This document shows, one piece after another, positions 1 to 9,857 of a stretch of 64,000 nucleotides of DNA. The notes under the pieces are model-generated. The model was not told the DNA's origin, did no database searches, and saw only the letters and a list, made by a program, of their open reading frames with translations. A program made the position numbers and the translations under genes. Positions within the stretch are counted from its first letter, which is position 1; every line of letters begins with the position of its first letter. Origin of the DNA: an uncultured Acidobacteriota bacterium. GTDB lineage: Bacteria; Acidobacteriota; Vicinamibacteria; Vicinamibacterales; Fen-181. The stretch covers positions 196,326 to 260,325 of the forward strand of contig CAVZMW010000003.1 in NCBI GenBank assembly GCA_963776495.1, read 5' to 3'.

Positions 1-503
1 TTCTGCACGGCGGCTCGGGCTTCGAGGCGATGCACGCCGACCTGGTCGAACAGGAAATCGAACATGAGCTTGGCGCTCGCGTCGAAGATCCCGGTCCCCC
101 AGAACTGGGACCCGAGCGCGGCTCCCCACTCAGCGGTCTCGAAGCGCGGATTGATCTGGCGAACCTGGAAGATCCCGATCGCGACGTCGTAGCCCTTCGG
201 CACGACGGCGAAGCAGATGTACCGGCCTTCCCGGCGCTCGGCCTGCGCCCACTCGATGAACCGCTCGAAGCCGGCGACGTCCGGCGGCGGGGTCGACATG
301 TAGCGACGCACTTCGGGCGTCGTCAGCATGGCGAACAGCGACGGCGCGTCGGAGCGGCGCACTTCGCGCAGTGTCACGACGCTGTCGGCGAGCTCGGGCA
401 CCTTCGCGGTCCAGTCCGTGTCTCCCTCCGGGCGGAAGGCGCCCGACGAGGGATGGACGATCTGCAACCCGGCCTCCAGCCTGAACGGTAGTTTCGCGCT
501 CAT
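1..503 (-). CDS. GNAT family N-acetyltransferase, RimJ/RimL-like (runs off the window start)
   Basis: Not in the ORF track. Manual translation from ATG 503: MSAKLPFRLE...VTLREVRRSDAPSLFAMLTTPEVRRYM...AEWGAALGSQFWGTGIF...LFDQVGVHRLEARAAVQ, typical of RimJ/RimL GNATs. ATGA overlap with the stop of the upstream protease (500-503). Confidence 0.88.
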   Translation of the reverse strand, partial: MSAKLPFRLEAGLQIVHPSSGAFRPEGDTDWTAKVPELADSVVTLREVRRSDAPSLFAMLTTPEVRRYMSTPPPDVAGFERFIEWAQAERREGRYICFAVVPKGYDVAIGIFQVRQINPRFETAEWGAALGSQFWGTGIFDASAKLMFDFLFDQVGVHRLEARAAVQ

Positions 504-2560
504 CGAATTGCACCCGAGGCAAGCATGTCGTTCACTCCCCACACGATGTTGTTCGACGAGACGCCCCACACGATGTTGGCGGCATCGAGATGTCCCCACA
601 CCGTATTCCCGGGGCCACCGGCCTGCCCCCACGCGACCTGGTCGGGCGACGTGAGGTCGGCGGCGCCGACGAGGTTCACGCCCCAGACGATGTTCACGCC
701 CCAGACAATGTTCACGCCCCAGACAATGTTGACGCCCCAGACGATGTTGTTGCCCCACACGATGTTCGAGCCCCAGACGATGTTCTCGGCCGAGGTGTCA
801 CCCGTGGGCACGCCCCACACGATGTTCTGGGCGTCCGTCCTGTCGACGCCCCACACGATGTTCTGGGCACTCGTCTTCTTGGTGCCCCACACGATGTTCT
901 GGGCGCTCGTCCTGTTGATGCCCCACACGATGTTCTGGGCGCTCGTCTTCTTGGTGCCCCACACGATGTTCTGACCCGAGGAGACGCCCCACACGATGTT
1001 GTTGCCCCAGCAGGGCGAATTGGTGAGCAGCACCGAGCCGGGCATCTGCCAGACGCCCCAGACGATGTTCTGTTCCCACAGCAGCGTCTCGTTGCCGATC
1101 GTCGTGCTCGGCACGGGCACCGGGGAGATCCACGGGCTGCCGTATGGCGTGTCGCTCTCGACCGCGTCGGCCAACTGGATGGCGCCGACCGCGTTCAGCC
1201 CGCCGCCGCCTTCGGTCAGCCGGTCGTATTCAGCGCCTTCGGCGTCGTGAACGGGGAACGCCGAGTACTGGAGGATGGCCTTGATCGTGTTGGCCGACAG
1301 CGCGCCATGGTGGCGGAAACCGTTCGTGCCGGCGGCCTCCATGGCGAGCGCCACCACGCCGGTGGTCACGGCGGTCGCCATGCTGGTGCCGGTCAGGCGC
1401 AGGTAGTGCCCGCCGAGGGATCCGGTCACCTGCAGAGTCGGGTAGCTGGTGTAGAGCGTGCTGCCCACGGCGCCGTTCGACACCAGGCGGTCGCCGGGGG
1501 CCACGATGTCCGGCTTGGCAAAGGCGTCGTACCAGCTCGGTCCGCGCGAACTGAACGGCGCCACCTCGTCGTCGGATCGCACCGACGTGCCCTGCGTGAG
1601 CAGCGCGCCGACCGTGATGGCGGAGGGCGCGTTGCCGGGAGAGGTGATGCCGGCGTAGCCGGGCTGGCCGGTCTCCGGGTTGATGCCGCAGTTGCCGGCG
1701 GCAGCGACGACCACCAGGCCGGCCTGCGTCGCCGCCTCGATGGCCTGGACGAGAGGATCCGACGAAGCGGGCTCGAAAATCGGGTGGCCGAGCGAGAGGT
1801 TGATGATGTCGACGTGCAGCCGCTGCCGGTTCGCGACGATGTACTCGATCGCGGTCACCACGTCGGATGTCCGCCCCTGCCCGTTGGCGTCGAGCACCTT
1901 GAAGATCGTCAGCCGCGCGTCCGGCGCGACGCCGGCGTACTGTCCGCCCGAAAGCGTTCCGTCCCCGGCGATGAGGCCGGCCACGTGCGTGCCGTGGCCG
2001 AAGTCGTCGTAGGGGGCGCCTCTCCGGATGGTCCCGCCGGTCAGGTCGTAGAAGGCCACGACGTTGCCCGCCAGGTCCCTGCTCGGCTGGACGCCGGAGT
2101 CGATGATCGCGATCCCCACGGACTTCCCGGTCGGCGAGCTGGCGTCGAGCCCCAGCGTCTCCCGCAGGAAGCCGGCGGCCGGACCCGGACGGTTCCACGA
2201 GACCCCGCCGGTCGGCGTCACGGTCGCGTCGGAGGAGATTGACAGGACGTCCGGGTTGGCGGCGAGGCCGGTCAGCGCCGTCGACGGCACGTCCAGCGCG
2301 AGGGCGCTAATCGAGGCGTGCTCTCCATGGATGCGATAGCCGCGGCCTTTGAGGCCGTCCATCACGGCGATGCGGGCGCCAGGCGCCGTGCGCACAATCA
2401 CGTGCTGCACGCCGCTTCCGGCGGCTTCCGCTGCCGCGAGAGCCCTGTCGAGTTTCTGGTTTCCGCTCTGCGCGGCAGCCGGGCCTGGAAGCCCCATAAG
2501 ACCAAATGCCACGAGTGCGGTGACGGCGGAGAGAGAGGAGAGGCGTTTCACGCCCGCCAT
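500..2560 (-). CDS. Secreted S8 (subtilisin-like) serine peptidase with C-terminal NIVWG repeat tail; start ATG 2560 or GTG 2551
   Basis: Catalytic motifs IIDSGV, HGTHVAG, AAGN, GTSMAT. Signal peptide MKRLSSLSAVTALVAFGLMGLPGPAAAQ, then a prodomain. The extra 85 N-terminal residues in the ORF track look non-coding. Confidence 0.93.
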   Translation of the reverse strand: MAGVKRLSSLSAVTALVAFGLMGLPGPAAAQSGNQKLDRALAAAEAAGSGVQHVIVRTAPGARIAVMDGLKGRGYRIHGEHASISALALDVPSTALTGLAANPDVLSISSDATVTPTGGVSWNRPGPAAGFLRETLGLDASSPTGKSVGIAIIDSGVQPSRDLAGNVVAFYDLTGGTIRRGAPYDDFGHGTHVAGLIAGDGTLSGGQYAGVAPDARLTIFKVLDANGQGRTSDVVTAIEYIVANRQRLHVDIINLSLGHPIFEPASSDPLVQAIEAATQAGLVVVAAAGNCGINPETGQPGYAGITSPGNAPSAITVGALLTQGTSVRSDDEVAPFSSRGPSWYDAFAKPDIVAPGDRLVSNGAVGSTLYTSYPTLQVTGSLGGHYLRLTGTSMATAVTTGVVALAMEAAGTNGFRHHGALSANTIKAILQYSAFPVHDAEGAEYDRLTEGGGGLNAVGAIQLADAVESDTPYGSPWISPVPVPSTTIGNETLLWEQNIVWGVWQMPGSVLLTNSPCWGNNIVWGVSSGQNIVWGTKKTSAQNIVWGINRTSAQNIVWGTKKTSAQNIVWGVDRTDAQNIVWGVPTGDTSAENIVWGSNIVWGNNIVWGVNIVWGVNIVWGVNIVWGVNLVGAADLTSPDQVAWGQAGGPGNTVWGHLDAANIVWGVSSNNIVWGVNDMLASGAIR
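536..1069 (-). repeat. Coding repeat: 15 NIVWG motifs plus NTVWG and QVAWG, in 12-aa (36 bp) and 6-aa (18 bp) periods
   Basis: Direct read of the protein tail; at DNA level, repeated ccccasacratgtt units on the + strand. Confidence 0.95.
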
Positions 2561-2563
2561 AAG

Positions 2564-2579
2564 AGCAATCCGCCGGCCA
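2564..2579 (-). promoter_or_regulatory. Putative sigma54 (-24/-12) promoter TGGCCGGCGGATTGCT
   Basis: Matches TGGC-N7-TTGCW with exact GG-N10-GC spacing. The predicted +1 near 2553 lies just before GTG 2551. An IHF-like site (2607-2619) and an inverted repeat (2627-2640) lie upstream. Confidence 0.5.
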
Positions 2580-2997
2580 GCCCGGCCAATTGCAGCAAAA
2601 GCCTTGTAAGTTGTTGAACATGATGGCGTTACAAATAACGTCCGGGCGCGGCCCCCCGCCGGTTCGGCTCGATCTTGTGCAGATACTGAACAACGCCCGG
2701 CGGGACCGGGTGGCCGATTCTTCAATTCGACCGTTTTCCCTGATGTTTTTGGCGTTTCGGCGATGTCATATTGCTGGACACGCGGGCGTCCGAACGGTGG
2801 CGCCCGTCGAAACACGCGCCTGAATCGTCAGATCTCTGGCGTTCGGCCGGGCGGGACCGGTACGCTGACGGCCGGGGTTGGCCCCGGTGCTGTTCTGAAT
2901 TGGAACAGACTCGGGAGTCCGGGGTGGGGAGGACAAAGGGGTGGCGCCGACCGACGGCGCAGCCCGGGGACGGCGGTGCCGTCCCCGGGTCGCCAGT

Positions 2998-4047
2998 TCA
3001 GATCGCCCAGCGCAAGAGGACGCCGCCCACGGTGAAGCCGGCTCCTACCGAGGCGAGCATGACGAGGTCGCCCTTCTTCAACCGGCCGTCCTGGACGCAC
3101 TCGTCGAGCGCGAGCGGGATGGTCGCCGCCGTAGTGTTCCCGTACTTCTCGAGATTGATGATGACCTTGGCCGGCTCGATCCCGAGCCGGTCGGCGGCCG
3201 CCGTGATGATCCGCCGGTTGGCCTGGTGCGACACGAACAGCGCGAGATCGCCGGCCGTCAGGCCGTTTCGCTGCAGGATCAGCCGGCTGACCTCCTCGGT
3301 CTTGCGCACCGCGAACTTGAAGACCGCCGAGCCGTCCTGCTTGACGTAGTGCAGGCGCTGGTCCACCGTCTCGCGGGTGGCGGGCCTGAGGCTGCCGCCG
3401 GCGGGCATGTTGAGCGACACGCCGCCGCTGCCGTCGATCTCGTGGGCGAAATCGAGGATCGCGAGGGAGGGGTCCCTCGCCGCGCTCACGACGACGGCGC
3501 CGGCGCCGTCGCCGAACAGCACGCAGGTGGCGCGGTCGGTGTAGTCGATGATGCTCGACATCACGTCGGCGCCGACGACGAGCGCGTGGTCGTGGCGGCC
3601 GGTCGACACGAGCTGGCTCGCGGTGGCCAGCGAGAAGTTGAAGCCGGAGCAGGCGCCGGCCAGGTCGAAGCCCCAGGCGTGGTGGGCGCCGATCTTGTTC
3701 TGGATGAGCGCGGCCGTGCTCGGGAAGAACATGTCCGGCGTCGTCGTCCCGACGATGATGAGGTCGATGTCGTCCGGCGTCAGGCCGGCCTGCGCGATGG
3801 CCTTGAGGGCCGCCTGGGTGCCGAGGTCCGAGGTGGCGACGCCGGGATCGACGACGTGGCGCGTGTGAATGCCCGTGCGCTGCAGGATCCACTCGCTGGT
3901 CGTGTCGACCATCTTCTCGAGGTCGGCGTTGGTCAGCAGGCGGGGCGGCACGTAGGTGGCCAAACTGGTAATCTCGGTGGGCCGCCCGCAGCCCAGTCCC
4001 GAGGGCCGATGGTCCGGAATGAGGGTCTGACCGTCGTCGCTCGCCAC
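2998..4047 (-). CDS. fabH: 3-oxoacyl-ACP synthase III
   Basis: GACSGF (Cys), SHQAN (His) and YGNT (Asn) triad motifs; AAGGAGG RBS before GTG 4047. Confidence 0.95.
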   Translation of the reverse strand: MASDDGQTLIPDHRPSGLGCGRPTEITSLATYVPPRLLTNADLEKMVDTTSEWILQRTGIHTRHVVDPGVATSDLGTQAALKAIAQAGLTPDDIDLIIVGTTTPDMFFPSTAALIQNKIGAHHAWGFDLAGACSGFNFSLATASQLVSTGRHDHALVVGADVMSSIIDYTDRATCVLFGDGAGAVVVSAARDPSLAILDFAHEIDGSGGVSLNMPAGGSLRPATRETVDQRLHYVKQDGSAVFKFAVRKTEEVSRLILQRNGLTAGDLALFVSHQANRRIITAAADRLGIEPAKVIINLEKYGNTTAATIPLALDECVQDGRLKKGDLVMLASVGAGFTVGGVLLRWAI

Positions 4048-4089
4048 TCGTCCTCCTTACGAAAAGGCTCAGGGCTCAAGGCTCGGGGC

Positions 4090-5109
4090 CTACAGCAGTC
4101 TCTGCTCTCTCTCCGGCGCGCGCAGGCCGAAGTAGTCGTACGCCCGCGCCGTCGCCACCCGGCCGCGCGGCGTGCGGTCGAGGAAGCCGATCTGGAGCAG
4201 GTACGGCTCGAAGATGTCCTCGATCGCGTCCTTTTCCTCCGAGATGGCGGCCGCGATCGTGCCGAGGCCCACCGGCCCGCCGCCGAACTTGTCGACGATC
4301 GTGCGCAGCAGCCGGCGGTCGATCTCGTCGAGCCCGTGCTCGTCCACCTCGAGCATCTTCAATCCCGCGATTGCGGCGTCGAGGGTGATCTCGCCGTCGC
4401 CGCGCACCTGCGCGTAGTCGCGCACGCGGCGCAGCAGCCGGTTGGCCACGCGCGGCGTGCCCCGGGACCGGCGCGCGATCTCGTCGGCGGCACGAGGCTC
4501 GATGCTGACGCCGAGCAGGCGGGCCGACCGCCGGACGATCTCCTGCAGGTCCACCTCGCCGTAGAAGTCGAGGCGGTGGACGATGCCGAAGCGGCTGCGC
4601 AGCGGCGAGGTCAGCAGCCCGGCGCGCGTCGTCGATCCGATCAGGGTGAACTTGGGGACCGGCACCTTGATCGACCGCGCGCTCGGCCCCTGCCCGATCA
4701 TGATGTCGAGCTGGTAGTCCTCCATCGCGGGATAGAGGATCTCCTCGATGGTCGGCGACATCCGGTGGATCTCGTCGATGAAGAGCACCTCGCGCTCCTT
4801 GAGGTTGCTCAGCATCGCGGCCAGGTCGCCCGGCTTCTCGAGCACCGGCCCGGAGGTGGACCGCACGGGCACGCCCAGCTCGTTGCCGATGACGTAGGCG
4901 AGCGTGGTCTTGCCGAGGCCTGGCGGGCCGTAGAGCAGCACGTGGTCGAGGGCGTCGCCCCGCTGCTTGGCGGCGGTGATCGACACGACGAGGTTCTCGC
5001 GGATCCGCTCCTGCCCGACGTACTCGTCGAGCGTGCGCGGCCTGAGGCCGGCCTCGAACTGCGTGTCGTCGTCCACGCGGGACGGCGTGATGATCCGGGA
5101 ATCGCTCAT
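4090..5109 (-). CDS. ruvB: Holliday junction branch migration DNA helicase RuvB
   Basis: [43 protein letters not shown] motifs. Confidence 0.98.
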   Translation of the reverse strand: MSDSRIITPSRVDDDTQFEAGLRPRTLDEYVGQERIRENLVVSITAAKQRGDALDHVLLYGPPGLGKTTLAYVIGNELGVPVRSTSGPVLEKPGDLAAMLSNLKEREVLFIDEIHRMSPTIEEILYPAMEDYQLDIMIGQGPSARSIKVPVPKFTLIGSTTRAGLLTSPLRSRFGIVHRLDFYGEVDLQEIVRRSARLLGVSIEPRAADEIARRSRGTPRVANRLLRRVRDYAQVRGDGEITLDAAIAGLKMLEVDEHGLDEIDRRLLRTIVDKFGGGPVGLGTIAAAISEEKDAIEDIFEPYLLQIGFLDRTPRGRVATARAYDYFGLRAPEREQRLL

Positions 5110-5198
5110 TTCAGGCTGCCGGCTGCCGGCTGCCGGCTGATGGCCAGGCCGTCGGTCGTCGGCCGTCGGTCGTCAGCCCGCAGAACCACAGCGGGCCC

Positions 5199-5798
5199 TT
5201 ACCCCATTCGTCTCAGCGCGCTCCTCAGCAGCCGCTCGAAGGTCCGCTCGCCGGCTGCCCCGAGCGCGTCGTCGACGGCCTTCTCCGCAAGAGCGCGATG
5301 ATATCCCAGATTGAGCAGCGCCGAGAGCAGATCGGCGCGAAGCTCGGCCTCGCCAGACGCCGTCCCGACGGCCGCCGCCGCTTCCTCCGCCCACGGCTGT
5401 TTCAGGCGGTCCTTCAGCTCGAGACCGATCCGCTCGGCCGTCTTCCGGCCCACGCCGGGGATCTTGGTGAGGCGGGCGAGGTCGCCCGACTGCACGGCGC
5501 GGACGAGGTCGGCCGGGTCGATCCCGGACAGCACGGCCAGGGCGAGCTTGGGGCCGATGCCGCTGATCGCGATCAGGCGTTCGAACACCAGCTGCTCGAG
5601 CGCGGTCGCGAACCCGAACAGCACGATCGCGTCCTCGCGCACGTGCGTGTGGACGCGCAGCGCCACCTCGCCGCCCGGGTCCGGCAGGTGGTAGAAGGTG
5701 GACAGCGGGACGAGCACCTCGTAGCCCACGCCGCCGACGTCCACCACGAGGCGCGTGGCTTGCTTCTCGACGAGGCGGCCCGTCAGGCGTGCAATCAT
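5199..5798 (-). CDS. ruvA: Holliday junction branch migration protein RuvA
   Basis: MIARLTG start, VGGVGYEV, SGIGPKLA, PGVGRKTAERI. Confidence 0.97.
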   Translation of the reverse strand: MIARLTGRLVEKQATRLVVDVGGVGYEVLVPLSTFYHLPDPGGEVALRVHTHVREDAIVLFGFATALEQLVFERLIAISGIGPKLALAVLSGIDPADLVRAVQSGDLARLTKIPGVGRKTAERIGLELKDRLKQPWAEEAAAAVGTASGEAELRADLLSALLNLGYHRALAEKAVDDALGAAGERTFERLLRSALRRMG

Positions 5799-5886
5799 GT
5801 CGGTTCCGGCTGGCGGCTCGCGACTGGCGGCTGGCGGCCCCGTCGCGCACGACATCGCCGCAAGTCGCAAGCCGCGGGCCGCGAGT

Positions 5887-6429
5887 CTAATCCCGCTTCA
5901 CGTCCCGCCACGACCGCGGCTTCCCGCGCGCCTGGCGCAGCGCATCGGCGACGGCCGGCGGGCCCTGGCTGTGGACGTGGCAGATGGCCACGGCGAGCGC
6001 GTCGGCCGCATCGTGCGGCGTCGGCACCTCGGCCAGGCCCAGGATCATCCGCACCATCTCTCCGACCTGCTGCTTCTCGGCGCGGCCGTAGCCGACAACG
6101 GCCTGCTTGATCTCGGCCGGCGTGTACTCGGCGACGGCGTATCCACCCTCGACGGCCGCCAGCATGGCGACGCCGCGGGCGTGTCCCAGCTTGAGGGCGC
6201 TCCGGACGTTCGCCGCGTAGAAGACGTTCTCGATCGCGACCACCTCGGGCCGGTGTTCGGCCAGCAGGGCGGCCAGGCCCTGGTGGATCCGGAGCAGTTG
6301 TGCGGGAAACCCAAGGCGCGGCGATGTGACGATGGCGCCGCACGTCACGAGACGGTGGCGGCTGCCGTCGGTCTCCACGCACCCGTAGCCGGTGCGCTCG
6401 GAGCCGGGATCGATCCCGAACACCTTCAC
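5887..6429 (-). CDS. ruvC: Crossover junction endodeoxyribonuclease RuvC
   Basis: GIDPGS, AIENVF, YGRAEKQQV, DAADALA. Confidence 0.97.
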   Translation of the reverse strand: MKVFGIDPGSERTGYGCVETDGSRHRLVTCGAIVTSPRLGFPAQLLRIHQGLAALLAEHRPEVVAIENVFYAANVRSALKLGHARGVAMLAAVEGGYAVAEYTPAEIKQAVVGYGRAEKQQVGEMVRMILGLAEVPTPHDAADALAVAICHVHSQGPPAVADALRQARGKPRSWRDVKRD

Positions 6430-7175
6430 GAGAGCGAAGCCTCGATCTCCTTCTCGTCGATGTCCACGTTCGACCAGACGTGCTGGATGTCCTCGTGGTC
6501 CTCGAGCATATCGAGCAGCCTGAGCATCGACTGGGCTTCCTTGCCGGTCAGCGTCACGAATTCGGCCGGCACCATCGCAACCGCCGCGCTCAGAGGCTCG
6601 ACCTCGAGCTTCGTCACCGCTTCGCGCACCGCGTCGTACGCGGCCGGCGCCGTCAGGACTTCCCAGCTGTCGCCGTCGTCCACCATGTCGTCGGCGCCCG
6701 CCTCGAGCACCGCCGCCATCAGGACGTCCTCGGCCACCCTGGTCTTCTCGATGATGATCTGGCCCTTCTTGCTGAACTTGCGGAGGGCGGTGTTGCGGTC
6801 GGCCATCTTGCCGTTGTACTTGTCCAGCAGGTGGCGGAGCTCGCCGACGGTGCGGTTCTTGTTGTCGGTCAGGCCCTCGAGGATGATCGCCGTCCCGCCG
6901 GGGCCGTAGGCCTCGTAGACGACCTCTTCGTAGTTGACGCCGGGTTCCTCGCCGGTGCCGCGCCGGATGGCGCGCTTGATGTTCTCCGCCGGCATGTTGG
7001 CGGCCTTCGCCTCGGCGATGATCGTGCGCAGCCGGGGGTTGGAGTCGGCATCGCCGCCGCCGGCCCGCGCCGCGACGGAAATCTCCTTGATAATCCGCGT
7101 GAAGACGCGCCCGCGCTTGGCATCAGCGGCGCCCTTCTTGTGCTTGATCGTATGCCACTTTGAATGGCCGGACAT
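6426..7175 (-). CDS. yebC: YebC/PmpR family protein
   Basis: MSGHSKWHTIKHKK, YEAYGPGG; usual position upstream of ruvC. Confidence 0.97.
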   Translation of the reverse strand: MSGHSKWHTIKHKKGAADAKRGRVFTRIIKEISVAARAGGGDADSNPRLRTIIAEAKAANMPAENIKRAIRRGTGEEPGVNYEEVVYEAYGPGGTAIILEGLTDNKNRTVGELRHLLDKYNGKMADRNTALRKFSKKGQIIIEKTRVAEDVLMAAVLEAGADDMVDDGDSWEVLTAPAAYDAVREAVTKLEVEPLSAAVAMVPAEFVTLTGKEAQSMLRLLDMLEDHEDIQHVWSNVDIDEKEIEASLS

Positions 7176-7356
7176 GCTGGAACTCCAGTGAAATCAACAG
7201 GAAAATGGAGGGCGAATTGTACCACACCCTCGGCCGCCGACGGTAGCGGGGGCTGCAGGCTGCAGGCTGCAGGCTACAGGCACAGCCGGATCACGCGTGA
7301 CACGGCCCGAAGCCAGAAGCCCGAGGCCTGAAGCCCGAAGCCCGACCTCGGCCGGG

Positions 7357-9804
7357 CTATTTGTTCCACGAAATCTCGAGCGTGCCCCTGAGCTGGCGTC
7401 CCGGAGAGTCGTAGACCTGGCCGAAATCGAGCCGCTGCACGTCGCGCTGCACGGCGCGCCCGTTGGCCCGCCCGGCCAGGTTGAACACCTTCAGACCAAT
7501 GCGGGCCGGCAGCCCGAACGGGAGCTGCACGGCCTTCTCCACCGCGACGTCGAGCGAGACGAAGGTCGGGAACCGCGCGTCGTGGCGCACGCCGACCACG
7601 TCCCAGTTCTCGTCGATGCGCGTGTAGGGGAAGCCGGACCGGATCTCGAGGAACGGCGACGCGGTGATCTGCCAGGGCAGCGAGATGACGCCCCAGGCGA
7701 GGAACCGGTGCGGGACGTCGGCCGCGAGCGGCCCGATGGCGGCCGGCAGCACCTGCGCCGGGGAGCGGTTGCCCGCCACGGTGTTCAGGTCGTTGAGATC
7801 TCCTTCGGTCCGGGACCGGACGTAGGACAGGTAGAACTGCCGCTCGCCGTGGGCCGAGCGGTAGCCGGTCGTCACCTCGAGGCTCCGGGCGCTCGACTCG
7901 CCGTCGCCGGCCAGTCTCAGGTCGCCCGTCGTCGCGTCAACGGCCACGGGGTCGATCGTCCACTCGTGCCGTCCGAGGCGCTGCTGCAGGGCGGCCCTGA
8001 CCATCCAGCCCCCCCTGAGCGTCTGGTCGAGCTGCAGGTCCCACGTGGTGGCCCGCGGGATCGCCAGCGGACCCGCCAGCCGGTTGGTGAACAGCCTCGA
8101 CGAGACGATCGCCAGCCCCGACGGGTCGTAGAGCGTTTCGAGCCGCGCCTGGCGCTGGGTGAAGACGAGCGGGGAGAGCAGCGGCTTGTCGGCCAGCACG
8201 CCGATCCCGGCGGTCAGCTTGGTCGAATTGGGCCGGAGGTCGTAGCTGGCGACGGCCCGCGGCCAGAGCGCCTGACCGCTGGCGGACGTCGTCGCGTCCC
8301 ACCGGGCGCCGAGGCTCACCTTGAACCTGGCGCTTACCGTCCATTCGTCCTGCACGAAGGCCTGCCGCTCGGTCAGCGAGGCGGCCAGAATGCCCGGCCC
8401 GCTGAACTCGTAGCGGCGGGCCAGCGTCCCGTCGCTTCTCAGGTACTCGACCGGCCGGTTCGTCTCGAACGCGGACCCGGTGACATACGCCACCGCGAAC
8501 CCGGCCGTGACCAGGTGTTCACCGTGCCACTTGATGGCCCCTCTCGACCACACGGTGCCGGCCTCGTAGCGTTCGGACTGCTGGTGGCGAGTCCTGAAGT
8601 AGCTCCCGTAGATGCGTTCGTGGGCGACCTCGTAGGGCAGGAGCCCGTCGCTCGTCAGGTCCAATGTCAGGAACCGCGCGTGGAAGTGCGACTCCAGCGT
8701 GGAGTTGGCCCCGAGCGCGACGCGATCGACGAGGGCGAAGCTGACGCCGGTGGTGCCGAGGTCGGGCACCGTGTCGGCGGGCTCGAAGGCCCCGAGCCCG
8801 TAGTGACGGCTCCAGTCGGGCGAGCCGAGCAGCCGCAGGGTGAGGTGGTGCGACCCGTGCGGCTTGATGTCGAGCCGGGTGAACGAGGACCAGCCGTGCC
8901 GGCTGCTGTCCTGCGGCCCGACGATGGTGTTGGTCTGGAACCGCTCGTAGCGGTACTCCACCGACTGCGCCAGCCAGACGCGGCCCCGCACGATCGGTCC
9001 GCTCACCCCGAAGGTCGGCTGCCACGCCTCGACGCCGAAGGTGCCCGCGCCCGAGAGCCTGGGGCGCGGGAAGAGGCCGAGAACGCTGAACGAGTAGCTG
9101 TCGACCGCCGCCCGCGTGTTGACCAGCGTCACGCCGCCGCTCGCCGGCCCCGCGTCGGCGGGGGGCAGCGGCGAGTACACCTGGACGTTGTCGATGGCCG
9201 TGATCGGCAGCGAGAGCCTCGGCTCCCCCGAGAACGGATCGGTCTCGCGCATCTGGTCGAGCAGCACCGTGCCCTGCCACGACCTCGCCCCCGAGACGCT
9301 GATGAGGCCGTCCGGCCCTCGCACGGCCCCGGGCAGCAGCGGCAGGGCCGAGTCGTAACGCAGCCCCGACACGGGCGCCATCTTGATGATCTCGCGGTCC
9401 ACCGTGGCCGGCGCCGTCGGCTCCGTCGTGGTGAACACGCGCGGGGCCTGGGCAACCACCTGCGTCTGCTCGGTGAACCCGCCGAGATTCAGCACCAGGT
9501 CGATCGTGAGCGGTTCGGGACCGACGGTGAGGTTCGGACGGACGGCGGACTCGAAGCCCGACAAGTCGGCCTCCAGCGTGTAGCGCCCGTAGGGCACGTC
9601 GAAGGCGAACCGGCCGACCTCGTCGGTGTGCACCACGAGCGGCGGCTGCGCCTCGTGCGTCAGGGCCACGGTCACGCCGGGCAGCGGCAGGCCGGACGTG
9701 TCCGACACCTTGCCCTCGATGTGGCCGCGGCGCGGCGCCTGCGCGGTCGCCGTGACCTGTGGGCCGAGCAGCAGAACGGCAACGACGAACGCCGCGCGTC
9801 TCAT
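7357..9804 (-). CDS. TonB-dependent-receptor-like outer membrane protein with N-terminal carboxypeptidase-regulatory-like domain
   Basis: Signal peptide, IEGKVSDTSGLPLPGVTV...GRFAF domain, plug-like region, alternating beta-strand pattern, ends EISWNK. Confidence 0.8.
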   Translation of the reverse strand: MRRAAFVVAVLLLGPQVTATAQAPRRGHIEGKVSDTSGLPLPGVTVALTHEAQPPLVVHTDEVGRFAFDVPYGRYTLEADLSGFESAVRPNLTVGPEPLTIDLVLNLGGFTEQTQVVAQAPRVFTTTEPTAPATVDREIIKMAPVSGLRYDSALPLLPGAVRGPDGLISVSGARSWQGTVLLDQMRETDPFSGEPRLSLPITAIDNVQVYSPLPPADAGPASGGVTLVNTRAAVDSYSFSVLGLFPRPRLSGAGTFGVEAWQPTFGVSGPIVRGRVWLAQSVEYRYERFQTNTIVGPQDSSRHGWSSFTRLDIKPHGSHHLTLRLLGSPDWSRHYGLGAFEPADTVPDLGTTGVSFALVDRVALGANSTLESHFHARFLTLDLTSDGLLPYEVAHERIYGSYFRTRHQQSERYEAGTVWSRGAIKWHGEHLVTAGFAVAYVTGSAFETNRPVEYLRSDGTLARRYEFSGPGILAASLTERQAFVQDEWTVSARFKVSLGARWDATTSASGQALWPRAVASYDLRPNSTKLTAGIGVLADKPLLSPLVFTQRQARLETLYDPSGLAIVSSRLFTNRLAGPLAIPRATTWDLQLDQTLRGGWMVRAALQQRLGRHEWTIDPVAVDATTGDLRLAGDGESSARSLEVTTGYRSAHGERQFYLSYVRSRTEGDLNDLNTVAGNRSPAQVLPAAIGPLAADVPHRFLAWGVISLPWQITASPFLEIRSGFPYTRIDENWDVVGVRHDARFPTFVSLDVAVEKAVQLPFGLPARIGLKVFNLAGRANGRAVQRDVQRLDFGQVYDSPGRQLRGTLEISWNK

Positions 9805-9857
9805 GCCGGGGGTCTCCTCGGGAACCTGGCGGAGAGGTGATTATAGGCGCAGTGGCG

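Noticed and set aside
536-1069. NIVWG DNA repeats as CRISPR or a non-coding array
   Set aside because: They are in frame within the protease, periods are multiples of 3, and variation is largely synonymous.
2963-2988. Intrinsic terminator after fabH
   Set aside because: A GC hairpin is present but there is no U-tract on either strand, so it was not called.
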